231 nt of DNA, from assembly GCF_003334255.1 (NCBI RefSeq), contig NZ_QOWU01000278.1; one strand, written 5' to 3'. The notes below the pieces were generated by a model. It was not told the DNA's origin and searched no databases. It saw only the letters and a program-made list of their open reading frames with translations. Made by a program: the position numbers and the translations under genes. This DNA comes from Escherichia coli (lineage in GTDB: Bacteria > Pseudomonadota > Gammaproteobacteria > Enterobacterales > Enterobacteriaceae). Within the stretch, counting starts at the first letter, position 1; each line of letters begins with the position of its first letter. Positions 1 to 231 of this stretch are shown piece by piece.

Positions 1-231
1 TTTCCTCTTCTTATTTTGCAGTCGTCTTCATTCATTACCACGTCCAGACGCCAGTGCAGCTTATTCTCCACGTGCCAGTGATTTCGGATCGCTGTGGCGA
101 ATTTCTCAGCGGTTAAATCAGCAGAACTGATATAATATCTGACCGTCATTTCTGGCTCTTTCTTTTGTTCTGCTATTATGGACCGAAAGGAGACTGCCAC
201 GCATAATTTCTTCAGCCCTTTCCATTCAAAC
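1..231 (-). CDS. ISAs1-family (H-repeat-associated) DDE transposase, internal fragment; partial at both ends, with start and stop codons outside the window
   Basis: Seen in sequence: the reverse-complement frame with codons at plus-strand 230..3 is open for all 76 codons and translates to [76 protein letters not shown]. The other two minus frames have stops at plus 226-228 (TGA) and 212-214 (TGA). The plus frames have stops at 79-81 (tga), 128-130 (tga) and 114-116 (taa). Established knowledge: the HW-x-EN-x-LHW-x-LD-x(3)-EDD block is the hallmark C-terminal motif of ISAs1-family transposases, and the peptide matches from memory the E. coli H-rpt proteins (YhhI/YdcC/YbfD-like paralogs). No gene symbol is given because the paralogs are near-identical and 231 bp cannot tell them apart. 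Confidence 0.93.
1..231 (-). mobile_element. Interior of an ISAs1-family insertion sequence (H-repeat / ISEc1-like); terminal inverted repeats and boundaries are not in the window
   Basis: Inferred from the transposase CDS call. ISAs1-family elements are single-ORF insertion sequences, so a transposase-internal window lies inside the element. No inverted repeats or target-site duplications are visible, so the element boundaries and whether the copy is complete are unknown. Confidence 0.8.

Noticed and set aside
51-80. Repeated hexamer ccagtg (51-56 and 75-80) and palindrome cacgtg (69-74) as a possible repeat or regulatory site
   Set aside because: The repeat is explained by the two His-Trp dipeptides (CAC TGG on the coding strand) in the conserved HWH...LHW motif, and the palindrome by the codons CAC GTG (H-V). 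These are coding-driven, not structural repeats or binding sites.
147-149. Internal ATG (Met in ...[10 protein letters not shown]...) on the minus strand as a possible translation start
   Set aside because: The reading frame continues open upstream of this ATG, and the upstream residues ([24 protein letters not shown]) are part of the recognised transposase sequence. It is an internal methionine, not a start.
187-192. Shine-Dalgarno-like AAGGAG on the plus strand
   Set aside because: No ATG, GTG or TTG start codon lies within 5-12 nt downstream. On the coding (minus) strand these bases are simply the codons TCC TTT (S-F). Coincidental.
1-231. Possible plus-strand coding sequence
   Set aside because: All three plus-strand frames hit stop codons within the window (79-81 tga, 114-116 taa, 128-130 tga). 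None shows recognisable protein similarity, whereas the minus strand carries a fully open, motif-bearing frame.
1-231. Any novel defence, toxin or other undescribed system
   Set aside because: The window is fully accounted for by one transposase fragment. There is no second ORF, no repeat array and no structured RNA signal. A claim of novelty would need flanking sequence that is not available.

Overview
The whole 231-bp window is an internal fragment of one minus-strand gene, an ISAs1-family (H-repeat-associated, 'H-rpt') DDE transposase, cut off by the window at both ends. I see no evidence of a novel or undescribed system here. The reverse strand has a single frame open across the window (76 full codons, plus-strand positions 230 down to 3), translating to [76 protein letters not shown]. 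The [20 protein letters not shown] segment is the conserved C-terminal signature of ISAs1-family transposases, as found in the near-identical H-rpt paralogs of E. coli/Shigella and IS1358-type elements; this is recognised from memory, not from a database search. All five other frames carry stop codons. The remaining observations are minor: a plus-strand TGnTATAAT-like motif antisense to the transposase, which is probably coincidental, and a hand-counted GC content of about 44%. The window does not include the start, the stop, the terminal inverted repeats or any flanking cargo, so element intactness and insertion context cannot be judged.
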